From a virus, in IMG/VR virus record IMGVR_UViG_3300037264_006630, positions 96,001 through 160,000 of that record: a stretch of DNA of 64,000 nt; one strand, given 5' to 3'. This document shows positions 37,276 through 47,623 of this stretch, in pieces. The notes beneath the pieces are model-generated. The model searched no databases. It was not told where the DNA came from and worked only from the letters and a program-made list of their open reading frames with translations. The translations under genes were made by a program, and so were the position numbers. How positions within the stretch are numbered: position 1 is the first letter of the stretch; each line of letters begins with the position of its first letter.

Positions 37276-37512
37276 GTGCTCGGCCGGAAGCACGTCGGCG
37301 ACGTCGCGAACCTGATCATCGCGAGGCGGCAGAAGGACTGGAAGGGGGTCGCCAAGGCCGAGGAAGAGATCGACGACGCGCTCATGCGCCTGGGACGGTA
37401 CGGCTACCAGGACGTGCCGAAGCTTGAGGAGCTTGAAGTCCACCGCGTCCGCGCCATGCACGACTCGCTCTGCCGCCTACTCGAAGAAGAACACAAGGCC
37501 ACCAAGCACTGA
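37276..37512 (+). CDS. Second tail chaperone segment (-1 frame)
   Basis: Open -1 frame overlapping the chaperone 3' end; lambda G/T-like layout. Confidence 0.55.
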   Translation: MLGRKHVGDVANLIIARRQKDWKGVAKAEEEIDDALMRLGRYGYQDVPKLEELEVHRVRAMHDSLCRLLEEEHKATKH

Positions 37513-37518
37513 CCGACC

Positions 37519-39378
37519 ATGGGCACCCAGACCAATATCATCGAAGAGCACGTCCTCCTCCGCGACGGACAGGCGGTCGGCGCGCTCGATCGGCTCGGGC
37601 ACCGGATCAGCGGCATCGGCCGCGCCTTCGCCGGCATCCGGACGATCGTCGGCGGCGCCGCTGGGCTGGCCGGGCTCTACGGAGTGGCGCACAGCGTGGC
37701 CGGGGTGACCGCTCTCTACGAGAAGGTCGGCCGGCTGCGAGCGGTCACCGGCCTGGCGGCGGCGGACATCCATGGTCTCAACGATGCGATGGAGCTCACC
37801 GGCTCCGAGGCATCCGCGGAGAAGGTGATCACTCGCTTGGCCGCGGTGCAGCAACGCGCGCGCGGCGGTACCAAGGAGGCGCAGAAGCTCCAGGCGTCGC
37901 TCGGTCGCGTCGGCGTCGAGATGAAAGGAGGCGTCAACCAAGCGTTTCTTTCGATGGCGACGGCCGTCCAGAAGGGGAAGCTCGGCATCAACGACATGTC
38001 GCGCACCTTCAAGATCCCGCTGGCGCAGGCCGGGCAGGTGATGAAGACGCTTGAGCAGGGGCCGGATCGTCTCAAGAGGATCATGCAGGAGACGAAGAAC
38101 AGCGCGGACGTGGTCGACGATGCCGCGCTCGCATCGTTCGAGAAGATGCAACAGGGCAAGCGAGAGCTCAAGGACGCCTGGGATGGGCTCGTCGGTACTG
38201 TCCACAAGAAGCTCACGCCGGGGATCACGGACCTGATCAATCGGCTCACCAAGGGACTGGAGAGCGCACAGCCGATCGTCGAGAAGATCGGGACCTTTCT
38301 GGCCGACCACATGGAGTTGGTGGTCAAGAGCGCGAAGCTCTACCTGATGTACTTGGTCGCGGCCAAGGCGGTGGAGGCCGGGACCGGCGGCAAGCAAACC
38401 CTCGGCGGCTTGGCCAAGAACGCGCTGGGCGGCGGCGAGAAGGGCGGTCCACTCAAGGATCTGATGGGCAAGTTGTTCGGCAAGGGCGGCACAGGCGGCG
38501 TGGCCAAGGCGGCGGGCGGCAAGCCTGCGGCGGAGGCGGCCGGCGCGATCGCGGATGCCATCAAGGCCAAGGGCTTGCCGGGGCTGGGCCAAGCCTTCGC
38601 GCAGATCGGACGTCAGGCGGCGACCCGTCGTGCGACCGGCACCATCGCGATGGGCGCCGCGCCGGCCGGCGTCTCCGCGCTGGCGCGGATCGGCCCGATG
38701 GCAGCGCGTCTGTCGTCGCTGCTTCCGGTCCTGCGCATGTTCATGGCGGTGATCGGCCGCATGAGCATCGTCGGTCTGGTGATCGTGACCGTCATCGGGG
38801 TCATCACGGCCATGTACCGGGTCCTGTCGAAGGACATCGGCGGCCACGCCACCCGGTTGAAACAGTTGTTCTCGGACTTCTTCGCGCAGATCAGGGGCGT
38901 TCAGAGTGCGCTCAAGCCGGTCTTCGACGTGGTCAAGAAGATCTTCGGCTTCTGGTTCATGCTGGTCGCCCGCACGATCCTCTACTACGTCGAGTTGTCG
39001 ATGAAGGTCATCAACGGGATGGTCCGGGTGATCATGGCGATCGGCTACTTCATCGGCGAGTTGTTCTCGTCTCCTATCAAGACCGCGCGCAACATGGGCA
39101 AGACCTGGAGCGATGCCTGGTTCAAGGCTGGGCCCGACTCGACCCTCAAGCTCAACCCATTCAGCAAGAAAGAAGAGAAGAAGGCTGACGAGAAGAAGAC
39201 CCCGCCCGGGAACAATCAGGACTTTCGCGGGTCGAAGTTCACGATCAACCAGAACTTCGCAGAAGGATTTGATCCCGGCCGCATCGCGGTGGCGATCACC
39301 GATGACCTCGCCGCCACCGCCGATCGTCGTCGGCAGTCGGGCTTCGCGCCCCTCTACTCGATCCGGAGCCCTGGCTGA
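37519..39378 (+). CDS. Tape measure protein
   Basis: 619 aa Ala/Gly/Lys-rich helical protein with hydrophobic segments. Confidence 0.85.
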   Translation: MGTQTNIIEEHVLLRDGQAVGALDRLGHRISGIGRAFAGIRTIVGGAAGLAGLYGVAHSVAGVTALYEKVGRLRAVTGLAAADIHGLNDAMELTGSEASAEKVITRLAAVQQRARGGTKEAQKLQASLGRVGVEMKGGVNQAFLSMATAVQKGKLGINDMSRTFKIPLAQAGQVMKTLEQGPDRLKRIMQETKNSADVVDDAALASFEKMQQGKRELKDAWDGLVGTVHKKLTPGITDLINRLTKGLESAQPIVEKIGTFLADHMELVVKSAKLYLMYLVAAKAVEAGTGGKQTLGGLAKNALGGGEKGGPLKDLMGKLFGKGGTGGVAKAAGGKPAAEAAGAIADAIKAKGLPGLGQAFAQIGRQAATRRATGTIAMGAAPAGVSALARIGPMAARLSSLLPVLRMFMAVIGRMSIVGLVIVTVIGVITAMYRVLSKDIGGHATRLKQLFSDFFAQIRGVQSALKPVFDVVKKIFGFWFMLVARTILYYVELSMKVINGMVRVIMAIGYFIGELFSSPIKTARNMGKTWSDAWFKAGPDSTLKLNPFSKKEEKKADEKKTPPGNNQDFRGSKFTINQNFAEGFDPGRIAVAITDDLAATADRRRQSGFAPLYSIRSPG

Positions 39379-40559
39379 TGTCCTCGCTCGCGCAAGGGCT
39401 CAGGAAGGACGGTACGCTCATCTCCGGTGGGGCCTCGGACGCGGTCCCCTCGTTCGAGATCCGCGAGATCGTCGGCGGCAACCGGGTCCTCATCCTCCAG
39501 CGCAACGCGATGCCGGAGCCCCCGCTCCGGTTCGGCGTGTCGCACGATCTGGCCGAAACGCGCAGCCTGGGCTCGCCCTACAACACCCAGCAGGCGCTGG
39601 GCGCCAACTGCATGCCGACCACCATCCGCGGCAAGTGGTGCGACGTGTTCCTGTCCCAGGGCGGGGCGGATCTCTCCGAGGCGGGCGAGGAGACCATCGA
39701 CGGCATTTCGTTCATCGTGATCGACAACCGCACCGTGCGCACTGCTCGTGAGGCGTGGGCCGTCGTCGAGGACATGTGCAAGCGGGGCGTCGTGATCCGG
39801 GTGTCGTGGGGCCACCTCGCGCGCATCGGCCGCATCAAGGATGCGACGCCCGACTGGCTCACCCTCCACGACGTGGATTGGGAGATCACGTTCAACTGGA
39901 TCGGCGACGACGAGACGACCGAGGTGAGCCCACCCGCGGTGGTCGACTCGGCGACCGACCTGCGGATCCTGAACGAGGCCACCGACAAGGTCATCGAGGC
40001 CACCAACTACGTCACCAGCGGGATGGACCCGACGGTGATCGAGGTGATCGACACCCGGATCGCCCGCGTGTCCCAGACCATCCTCGATCTCTCCGACCGC
40101 GTGCGCTCGCGCGTGGACGGCGTGACCTCGGCGCTCGACGTGTTCCGCCGTTCGGTTGGCGTCCTGGGCCTGGCCATCGACGAGGCCAAGCTGCTCGGCC
40201 TCGAGATCGACTCGCGGGTGTCGGGGACCTGGCTGGCGAACATCGACTACGAGGACATGAGCAACGTCAAGCCGGCCGACATCCTGTCGATCGTCACCGC
40301 CAACCGGATCGCTGCCACGGCGGCGCGCAACATCGCGCACGAGGCGCTCCATCGTCGGCAGGCCACGTACACCTCCGTCGAGGAGATCGCCGACATCGTC
40401 ATCAGCCGCGAGGGCGAAGACCTCCAGACCATCGCGCTTGCCGTGTGGGGCTCGTCGGACGGCTGGCAGGTGCTGCGCGACTTCAACAACTTCACGGGGG
40501 GGACTCTCACTCCGGGCACGGTCGTGCTCATCCCGCAGCGCGGCACGAGGTCGGGATGA
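39378..40559 (+). CDS. Tube initiator / LysM-containing baseplate protein
   Basis: C-terminal LysM-like GEDLQTIA..WG....W..LRDFN......PG.VVLIP. Confidence 0.7.
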   Translation: MSSLAQGLRKDGTLISGGASDAVPSFEIREIVGGNRVLILQRNAMPEPPLRFGVSHDLAETRSLGSPYNTQQALGANCMPTTIRGKWCDVFLSQGGADLSEAGEETIDGISFIVIDNRTVRTAREAWAVVEDMCKRGVVIRVSWGHLARIGRIKDATPDWLTLHDVDWEITFNWIGDDETTEVSPPAVVDSATDLRILNEATDKVIEATNYVTSGMDPTVIEVIDTRIARVSQTILDLSDRVRSRVDGVTSALDVFRRSVGVLGLAIDEAKLLGLEIDSRVSGTWLANIDYEDMSNVKPADILSIVTANRIAATAARNIAHEALHRRQATYTSVEEIADIVISREGEDLQTIALAVWGSSDGWQVLRDFNNFTGGTLTPGTVVLIPQRGTRSG

Positions 40560-42658
40560 CCACCTACCCCGTCGACACCGGGTACTACCCGAGCTGCGTG
40601 GTCCACTTCACCCTGCGTTTTGACGAGGCGCTCCAGGTGGCGGAGAACGAGGGCGATCTCCAGAAGGCGATCCTGTCGGGCGAGTACGGCCTCCGGCCGG
40701 AGGCGCTGCGCGAGGTGACCGGTCGCGTCGGGGACATCGTCGGCGACCACTACGACCAGAGCGGCGGGTTCACCCGGAACACCAGCACCGGCCGGCGCAC
40801 GGTCACCCAGACCTTCGGGCCGCAGGTCCGCATGGGCGACGTGACCGCGCAGCGCTACGACGCAGACGGCAACCTCGTGACCTCGGCGGTGGTGACGGAG
40901 CACGAGGTTGGTGACGAGGGTGGGCGCTCGCTGTCGCCGCTCACCTTCACCGGCGACAAGTTCACCACCCTCATGAACCTGGTGCCGACCACCGGCAACT
41001 TCGACCTGCCGCACCCGCGTCAGGCGGCGACGTGGTCCCTCACCTTCCCGTACGACACGCTGCCCATCGACCCCCGGCTCCTGCGCGCGGTCGGCGTCGA
41101 GATCCATCTGGGCTGCGTGGACGCGCGCGACTACGGCAACGCGATGGTGGGCGCGCACGGGCGCGACGGTCAGGCGAGCTCGATCCTGCCCACGCGCTCC
41201 GGCCTCGTCGACCCGTTCACCGGCAAGCCGGCGTCGCGCGACTCGACCCTTCTGTTCTACGGGACATGTGACATGTGGGAGGCCGAGCACGCGCCCGGCG
41301 GATCGACGGCGACGCTCACCGGCCGGTCGATCGTGGGCATCCTGCTCGATGGCAAGCCGCCCGTGAACGTGATGGACGAGCTCGACCTCGAGCGCCCGAT
41401 CCACCGCGTGATCGCCGACCTCATCGCCACCATCCCGACCGACAACCGGCTGGCGATCGACGTGGTCACCGACGCCTCCGAGTGGGAAGGCGGCGTGGTG
41501 CCGAGCCCGGGGAACATTACCGGCTACAACACCGCCCGCATCGGGACCAAGACCGGCAAGGTGAAGCAGGGGTCCGGTGCGGCGACCGACCGCATCTCGT
41601 ATTGGGACCTGATCACCAACCTCTGCAACTCGGTCGGTGGCATCCCCCATCTCCAGGGTGCGCAGCTCTGGGTCCGCCCCGGCCGAAGCATCTTCGAGAT
41701 CCAGGCCCGGCCCGGCATCGGCCCGTTCCAGAGCGACCGCATCGCCCCGGACGGCAAGCTCGCGGTGCGCCGGCTGGTGCTCGGCCGCAACGTCGAGAAG
41801 CTCAAGCTGTCGCGCAAGTTCGGCGGCGTCGTCGTCCCGGTGGTGATCGCCTACGGCTTCGACGACCAGGCCCAAGGCGCGGCGCGGCTCATCAGCGGGC
41901 AGTGGCCGCCGGCCGACTCGCCGGAAGCTGGCGCGAAGAAGGAGGGTGACGAGCACCGCATCACGATCGCCGGCATCCGGGACCGGGACCGGCTCATCCA
42001 GATCGCGCGCGACGTGTACGAGGAGATCGGCCGCGGCGAGACGGGGTGCGAGTTCTCGACCGCCACTCTGGCTTCGTTCGGCGGCGACAACGCCGACCCC
42101 GACATGCTGCGCCTCCGCCCCCTCGAGCCGATCGAAGCCACCGTGGACGCAGCGAGGGGGCCGACGCCCATCGTTCACCAGCTCACGATGCAGGCCAACT
42201 CGACGTTCCAGCAGGAGGTCGACGCCCTGCGGTCGCGCATCGGCGACGTGGACGCCGCGCGTGCGATCGTGGCCGCGCGGCGCGGCGCAGTGGTCGGCAT
42301 CCTCGACGCCTTCCGCGTCATCAGCGTCAACTTCTCGCTCTCCGACAAGGGCGTGGCCATCTCGGGGACCTGCCAGAACTACATCGTTTCGCGGCACGGG
42401 TCGTCCGCCGCCGCGGCGCGTGCGAACAAGGGCAAGCCGGACATCAAGACCGCGCGAGCGACCGTGCCCGGCGGCAACCGCCAGAAGAAGGTCCACCAGC
42501 CGACCACCTCCGCGTGGCAGGAGTTCGCCGAGGAATCGCAGAAGAGGGCCGCCAAGACCCTCGCCGATCCTGATGCTCAGTCCGAGCGCCAAATCCGTGA
42601 GGCCGCACGCGCCGCTGACCGCTTCGAGCGTGCCGACCGCAACTCGAGGTTCCAGTGA
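40556..42658 (+). CDS. Baseplate hub (gp27/gpD-like)
   Basis: Size and synteny between LysM and spike genes. Confidence 0.7.
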   Translation: MTTYPVDTGYYPSCVVHFTLRFDEALQVAENEGDLQKAILSGEYGLRPEALREVTGRVGDIVGDHYDQSGGFTRNTSTGRRTVTQTFGPQVRMGDVTAQRYDADGNLVTSAVVTEHEVGDEGGRSLSPLTFTGDKFTTLMNLVPTTGNFDLPHPRQAATWSLTFPYDTLPIDPRLLRAVGVEIHLGCVDARDYGNAMVGAHGRDGQASSILPTRSGLVDPFTGKPASRDSTLLFYGTCDMWEAEHAPGGSTATLTGRSIVGILLDGKPPVNVMDELDLERPIHRVIADLIATIPTDNRLAIDVVTDASEWEGGVVPSPGNITGYNTARIGTKTGKVKQGSGAATDRISYWDLITNLCNSVGGIPHLQGAQLWVRPGRSIFEIQARPGIGPFQSDRIAPDGKLAVRRLVLGRNVEKLKLSRKFGGVVVPVVIAYGFDDQAQGAARLISGQWPPADSPEAGAKKEGDEHRITIAGIRDRDRLIQIARDVYEEIGRGETGCEFSTATLASFGGDNADPDMLRLRPLEPIEATVDAARGPTPIVHQLTMQANSTFQQEVDALRSRIGDVDAARAIVAARRGAVVGILDAFRVISVNFSLSDKGVAISGTCQNYIVSRHGSSAAAARANKGKPDIKTARATVPGGNRQKKVHQPTTSAWQEFAEESQKRAAKTLADPDAQSERQIREAARAADRFERADRNSRFQ

Positions 42659-43242
42659 AGCCCGACGTCCTCAAGATGGGGCTGGCGCAGTCCTTCCCCG
42701 GCATCGACCCACGCATCTTCGTCGCGCTGGCGATCGTCGAAGAGGTGAGCGTCACCCGGGCCGGCGTCAAGGCGGACGTGCGCGTACTTCCGTTCAACGA
42801 GCCCGAGACGGTGATGGTCGGTGCGCCCGGGGCGAACAACGGAAGCGGCCTCTACATCCCGGTCACCCCGGGGCAGATCGTGATCGTTGCCTTCCCCCGC
42901 GGCTCGTCAGATGAAGGCGGGCGCATCATCGGCAGCTCGTGGGACACCGGCGATCCGCCGCCGGCCGCGGCGCTCGATCACCCCGGGGACGTGGCGCTGG
43001 TGGCCGCGGCGGCGACGGCGATCAGGCTGGTCACCACCGCCACCGGCGTGATCGTGATCGCGAGCGGTGGCGCCACGCTCCTCGGTGCCGAGACGGCGAC
43101 GCTGGGCGTGGCCAGGCTCGGTGACACCGTCCAGGTCACCATCCCCATCGGTACGTTCGACATCGGAGGTGTGCCCAACCCCGTCCCGGTCATCGTAACT
43201 GGCACCATCACCAGCGCCAGTGCGAAGGTCAAGACGCTATGA
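42655..43242 (+). CDS. Baseplate spike (gpV/gp45-like)
   Basis: GLYIPVTPGQIVIVAFPRG OB-fold; C-terminal VARLGD..GTITSAS. Confidence 0.8.
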   Translation: MKPDVLKMGLAQSFPGIDPRIFVALAIVEEVSVTRAGVKADVRVLPFNEPETVMVGAPGANNGSGLYIPVTPGQIVIVAFPRGSSDEGGRIIGSSWDTGDPPPAAALDHPGDVALVAAAATAIRLVTTATGVIVIASGGATLLGAETATLGVARLGDTVQVTIPIGTFDIGGVPNPVPVIVTGTITSASAKVKTL

Positions 43243-44063
43243 GCTACGGGACCGCCGGATACGGGACCACGCCTTACGGCGGCGCGGCCGGGGCCATCAC
43301 GATCGCGCGCGCGTGGGCGACCTCGACGCGGACCATCCACGTCGAGACGACCACGCCGGCCAAGGCCGATGATCCGCTCGACCCCGGCGACGCGCTCAAC
43401 CCGGCCACCTGGCTGGTGAACCGGCTCGACACCATGGCCGCGTTCACGCCGAGCGAGGTGATGGCGGCGGGCGGTGATGGGCTCTCGTTCGATGTGACCA
43501 TCCTCGAGTCGTTGGCTTCCCACCTGGTGAGCCACCGCATCGGATCGACCACGCTCCTGTCGCAGCTGGGCGCGCTCATCACCAACCCGTACCAGGCCAC
43601 CTTCACCGGCATGGTCTACACGATCGACCCGATCGAGGCGGTGCAGCGCCGGCCGATCGTGCGCGACCTGGCCAACCCGCCGCGTGGCAACCCCCTCACC
43701 GGCGAACCGGTCTCCGCCATCCTGGTGTCGGGCGGCAACTACGTGGGCGAGATCGACAAGGCCGTCGTGAAGAAGGGGATCATCCGCCGGCTGACCACGC
43801 CCATCGGCTCGATCCGCCACCTGCCCAACTACGGCATCCGCTACACCATCAAGGGCGAGTTCCCGAGCGGCGGTGACCGCGAGGCCCTGCGCGTCGCCAT
43901 CGAGAAGCAGTGCTTGCAGGAGCCGGGTGTGGACAGGGTCCGCGCGGTCATCGCCGCGCTGGGCGCGGGCACCTTCCGCATCGGGGTGGCAGCCAGCATG
44001 ATTGGCGGCCTGGTCACCGTGGCGGTCAAGCGCGAGAGCAGCGGTCGCTTCATCACGATCTGA
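43239..44063 (+). CDS. Baseplate wedge gp25/W-like protein with N-terminal Ig-like domain
   Basis: IIRRLTTP.G...LPNYG...IEKQCLQEPGV. Confidence 0.7.
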   Translation: MSYGTAGYGTTPYGGAAGAITIARAWATSTRTIHVETTTPAKADDPLDPGDALNPATWLVNRLDTMAAFTPSEVMAAGGDGLSFDVTILESLASHLVSHRIGSTTLLSQLGALITNPYQATFTGMVYTIDPIEAVQRRPIVRDLANPPRGNPLTGEPVSAILVSGGNYVGEIDKAVVKKGIIRRLTTPIGSIRHLPNYGIRYTIKGEFPSGGDREALRVAIEKQCLQEPGVDRVRAVIAALGAGTFRIGVAASMIGGLVTVAVKRESSGRFITI

Positions 44064-44073
44064 GGACCCACCC

Positions 44074-45270
44074 ATGGACCTACCCCGCCACGATCAACTG
44101 GTCCGCGTGTACGCCGCCGAGCTCCTCGACGCGAACCCCAACGTCGCGCTCGATGCCGTCCTCCGTGACGGGCTGGACGCCAACCTGCTCGCTCACGGCG
44201 CCGCGGCCATGGGTGACGAGGTCGTCTCGCAGCTCTCCGACGTCGCGCGGAACCTGATCATGGAGACGGCCACCGGCCCCGGTGCCACGCGGCTGGGCCT
44301 CTCACAACACGGGCTTCTCCCCAAGCCAGCGGCGGCGCCGTTCGTCGACCAGTTCTTCTACCGTGCGGGGCTCGCGGCGGTCGTCACCGCGTTCACGATC
44401 CCGGCCGGCACCAAGATCCGATCCGCCGACGGCAAGCAGTACGAGACGGTGCTGGATCTAGCGATCGCCGCCGGCACCACGGTCCCGCAGTCGGTGCGCG
44501 CGCGCTCGACCCTGGCGGGGTCGTCGCAGGCGGTCGCCGCCAACAAGCTGACCTCGATCACGTCGACCATCCCCGGCGCTCCGACCGACCTCATCACGAT
44601 CAACCTCCAGGCGTCGGCCGGCGGCGCCGATGCCGAGCGCGAGGACGACTACAAGAACCGCTGCAAGGCCGAGCCGCGCAGCCGCGCGCGGGGGACCCGG
44701 GACGCGCTGGTGTCCGGGGCCCTGCTCTACCCGGGCGTGGTGAGGGCCACCGCGTTCGAGGGCATCGACTCCAACGGCCGGGCAAACCGGCTGGTGGGCA
44801 TCGTGATCTCGGACCAGTTCGTCGACTCGCTGGTCCGCCAGGGCGTCTCGTTGCCGACCTACGATTCGCAGTCCCAGGCGTTCGCGCGTGTCGTGGAGCG
44901 CTACCTCGACGAGTACCGCGCGTACGGCATCCACGTCTCGGTGATCGTGGCGCAGGTCGCCATGGTGTCGACCACCCTGCGTCTGCGCTTCCGCGCCAAC
45001 GCCAACACCGAGCGGACCAAGCTGGCCGCCGCCGCCACGGTGGTCAACTACGTCAACGCGCTGGCGTCGGGACAGCCCTACGTGCCGAGCGCGATCGTCA
45101 CCGCCCTGCGCGCCGTGAACGGGCTGGATGTGCGCGGCGACGAGATCGAGAACCCGGCCGGGACCATCGTCACGAGCTCGCCCTACCAGGTGCTCCGCAC
45201 CAACCTGTCGCTGGTCCACTTCTCGACTGGCACCGGCACCGAGTCGGCCTTCAACATCATCACCGTCTGA
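44074..45270 (+). CDS. Baseplate J-like protein
   Basis: TIPAGT, GGADAEREDDYKNR, RARGT motifs. Confidence 0.85.
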   Translation: MDLPRHDQLVRVYAAELLDANPNVALDAVLRDGLDANLLAHGAAAMGDEVVSQLSDVARNLIMETATGPGATRLGLSQHGLLPKPAAAPFVDQFFYRAGLAAVVTAFTIPAGTKIRSADGKQYETVLDLAIAAGTTVPQSVRARSTLAGSSQAVAANKLTSITSTIPGAPTDLITINLQASAGGADAEREDDYKNRCKAEPRSRARGTRDALVSGALLYPGVVRATAFEGIDSNGRANRLVGIVISDQFVDSLVRQGVSLPTYDSQSQAFARVVERYLDEYRAYGIHVSVIVAQVAMVSTTLRLRFRANANTERTKLAAAATVVNYVNALASGQPYVPSAIVTALRAVNGLDVRGDEIENPAGTIVTSSPYQVLRTNLSLVHFSTGTGTESAFNIITV

Positions 45271-45272
45271 CC

Positions 45273-46427
45273 ATGGCCCCGCCCACCCCATTCAGTCTCA
45301 CCCAGGAGCAGTTGCTCGCTGTCGCGCGGCGCGCGCTCGGCCCCTACGCCGAGCAGCTCGAGGCGGCCGGCACCGGCGGCTGGGAAATCCTGCGCGCCAA
45401 CGCGGCGATGTTCGCGCGCATCTCGCTGGCGATCGGTCGCTGGGAGCTCGAGGCATCGCCGTCAACCGCAACCGGCCCGGCCCGCGCCACCGTCGCGGTC
45501 ACCTTCAACCGGCCGACCTTCGCGGCGGGCGCGGTCACCGTGAAGGCCGGCACCCTCGTGCGGGCGCGCACCAGCGGGGCGGTCTTCAAGACCCTCACCG
45601 ATGCGGTCTTCGGGGCATCCGCTCTGGGCCCGGTCACCGTGACGGCCGAGGCAGTTGGCGCCTCCGAGGAGTGGAACGTGATGGGCCAGTACGTGGCGCC
45701 GAGCGGCGACGTGCTGCGCGGTGAGATCGACACCATCGATCTGGCGCTCCTCGATCCGCCACTCGGCGACCAGTCGATCACCGTCGAGAACATCCCGAGC
45801 GCCGAGGGCGGACGGGTCGGATTCCTCGACATCCACGGCGCCTCCGTCCTTGTCGAGCGCACGCCGGGCGAGGCCGACGAGCACTACGCCCCGCGCGTGA
45901 TGGCAGTCGCCGATGCGATTTCGCCCAACGCAGTGCGCCGGCAGATCCGACGTTTCTTCGACGGCATCGGCTACACCGAGGCCGACTGGTACCTGGTCGA
46001 GACCTGGGAGCACCGGTTCGCCGCCGTCTACGACGCGCCGCTTGCGTCGTTCACCTACTACCCCGACTACGACCCGTCGTTGTTCGCGTTCGATGACCCG
46101 CGCGACGCGTCGCCCATCCGCAACCGCTGGCTCGACATGCCCAACGCCGAGGCGGCGGCCATCCTCGAGTTCAAGGATCTGTGCTCGGTCCGCGAGCATG
46201 GGTTCGCGATGGACGACCCCGCCAACACCCAGGCCGGGCTCGTCACCGCGCTCGGCTCGCGGGCCACGCCGGCCTTCGACCTCGACGACAACGTGGTCAC
46301 CGCCCGCCATTGCTGTTATGACGGGGGCGACTTCGAGCGCGAGAAGATCCTGCTCCGGCTCTCGGACCTCACCCGCAACATCACCGCGCTCGGCGTCAAC
46401 GTGACGTTCGTCGCCCGAGGAGACTGA
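45273..46427 (+). CDS. Baseplate wedge protein (J/I-like)
   Basis: VTVKAGTLV, EADEHYAPRV; synteny. Confidence 0.7.
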   Translation: MAPPTPFSLTQEQLLAVARRALGPYAEQLEAAGTGGWEILRANAAMFARISLAIGRWELEASPSTATGPARATVAVTFNRPTFAAGAVTVKAGTLVRARTSGAVFKTLTDAVFGASALGPVTVTAEAVGASEEWNVMGQYVAPSGDVLRGEIDTIDLALLDPPLGDQSITVENIPSAEGGRVGFLDIHGASVLVERTPGEADEHYAPRVMAVADAISPNAVRRQIRRFFDGIGYTEADWYLVETWEHRFAAVYDAPLASFTYYPDYDPSLFAFDDPRDASPIRNRWLDMPNAEAAAILEFKDLCSVREHGFAMDDPANTQAGLVTALGSRATPAFDLDDNVVTARHCCYDGGDFEREKILLRLSDLTRNITALGVNVTFVARGD

Positions 46428-46429
46428 CC

Positions 46430-47608
46430 ATGGCTGACCAGGTGTTCGACCGCGCTCCGATTGGCTACCTGGAGAAGCCGATCTCGGACGACTTCAACCG
46501 CGCCCAGAGCCAGTTCGACCGGACGATCCGCGAGGTGGTGATGCAGATCCTGGGCGGGCGGGCGGCCGACACTTCGGAAGCTCTCGCCCCCCAGAACGTG
46601 TGCTGGAACTCCGGGTTCGAGCTCGTGCCGAGCTCGCCGGCCGCGATGACCGTGCAGGTCAACGCGGGTCTGGCATGGCAGTACCTCACCAGCGGAACAG
46701 CCACCGACATCGGCGTGCCGGACCTGATCGGGGTCGACGACCTCGCGACCTACCGACCGCTTCTCTTGACCACGCCCCAGGTCTTCTCGGTGCCGAGTGT
46801 GTCGGTGCCGAACAACCGCATCGACATCATCGAGGTTCGTGCCGACCGGCAACTGATCGACTCGCTGACCCGTCGCCAACTCGACCCGGTCACGGGTAGC
46901 TTCGACCCGCACAACTACTACAAGACGCTGACCCACCTTATCAACGGGCTCACCGGCACGGTGGCGGCGCCGGCCGTTTCCACGGCGCCGATCTCGTACG
47001 TGACCGGGGTTGCCGCGGGGGCGCCCACGGCGCCAACGGTCACCTCCGGCTACTTCAAGCTGGCGGAGATCGTGGTGTCGAACACCACCACCACCATCAC
47101 CGTTGCCGAGATCATCGATCGACGCAAGCTCGCCGCACCGGGTGGAGTGCTCGCCGGCAACTTCCGCCTGCGCGTCCAGTACAACGCCGGCACCCCCATC
47201 TACACCTGGCGGTCGGTGTGCCTGCCGCCCGGGGTGCAGATCGCCGCTGGCATCCAGCCTGGCGCCGCCGCCAACCGGGCGTTCGTTCGGATCTACCTTA
47301 TCGCTGGTGGTGTCACCGAGTTCGCCGGGATCACGAAGGGCACCAACTACGCGGCCTCGCCTTCCGGTCTGCTCGTCTCCGACATGCGGCCGAGCGCCGT
47401 CTCCACGGACTACATCGTGACGGCCGACGCGACGCTCAAGGCGGCGATCCTCGCGGCGACGCCGAGCACGGTGGTCGCCGTTGGCCAGCCGGTCGTCGTC
47501 ATCGACCACAAGTCGACGTACTCCAGTGCGATCGGCGTCTTCGATGCCACGAACTCCTTTCTCGACGACATCGAGATTCAGGGGAACGTCGCGCTCTCTT
47601 ACCTCTGA
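46430..47608 (+). CDS. Tail/baseplate protein
   Basis: GFEL.P..P..MTVQVNAGLA...NNRIDII pattern typical of tail-fibre attachment proteins. Confidence 0.65.
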   Translation: MADQVFDRAPIGYLEKPISDDFNRAQSQFDRTIREVVMQILGGRAADTSEALAPQNVCWNSGFELVPSSPAAMTVQVNAGLAWQYLTSGTATDIGVPDLIGVDDLATYRPLLLTTPQVFSVPSVSVPNNRIDIIEVRADRQLIDSLTRRQLDPVTGSFDPHNYYKTLTHLINGLTGTVAAPAVSTAPISYVTGVAAGAPTAPTVTSGYFKLAEIVVSNTTTTITVAEIIDRRKLAAPGGVLAGNFRLRVQYNAGTPIYTWRSVCLPPGVQIAAGIQPGAAANRAFVRIYLIAGGVTEFAGITKGTNYAASPSGLLVSDMRPSAVSTDYIVTADATLKAAILAATPSTVVAVGQPVVVIDHKSTYSSAIGVFDATNSFLDDIEIQGNVALSYL

Positions 47609-47623
47609 GGGGTGGATCTAGCC

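Noticed and set aside
34053-46427. Tailocin/eCIS rather than phage
   Set aside because: Capsid, scaffold, MuF and neck genes are in the same operon
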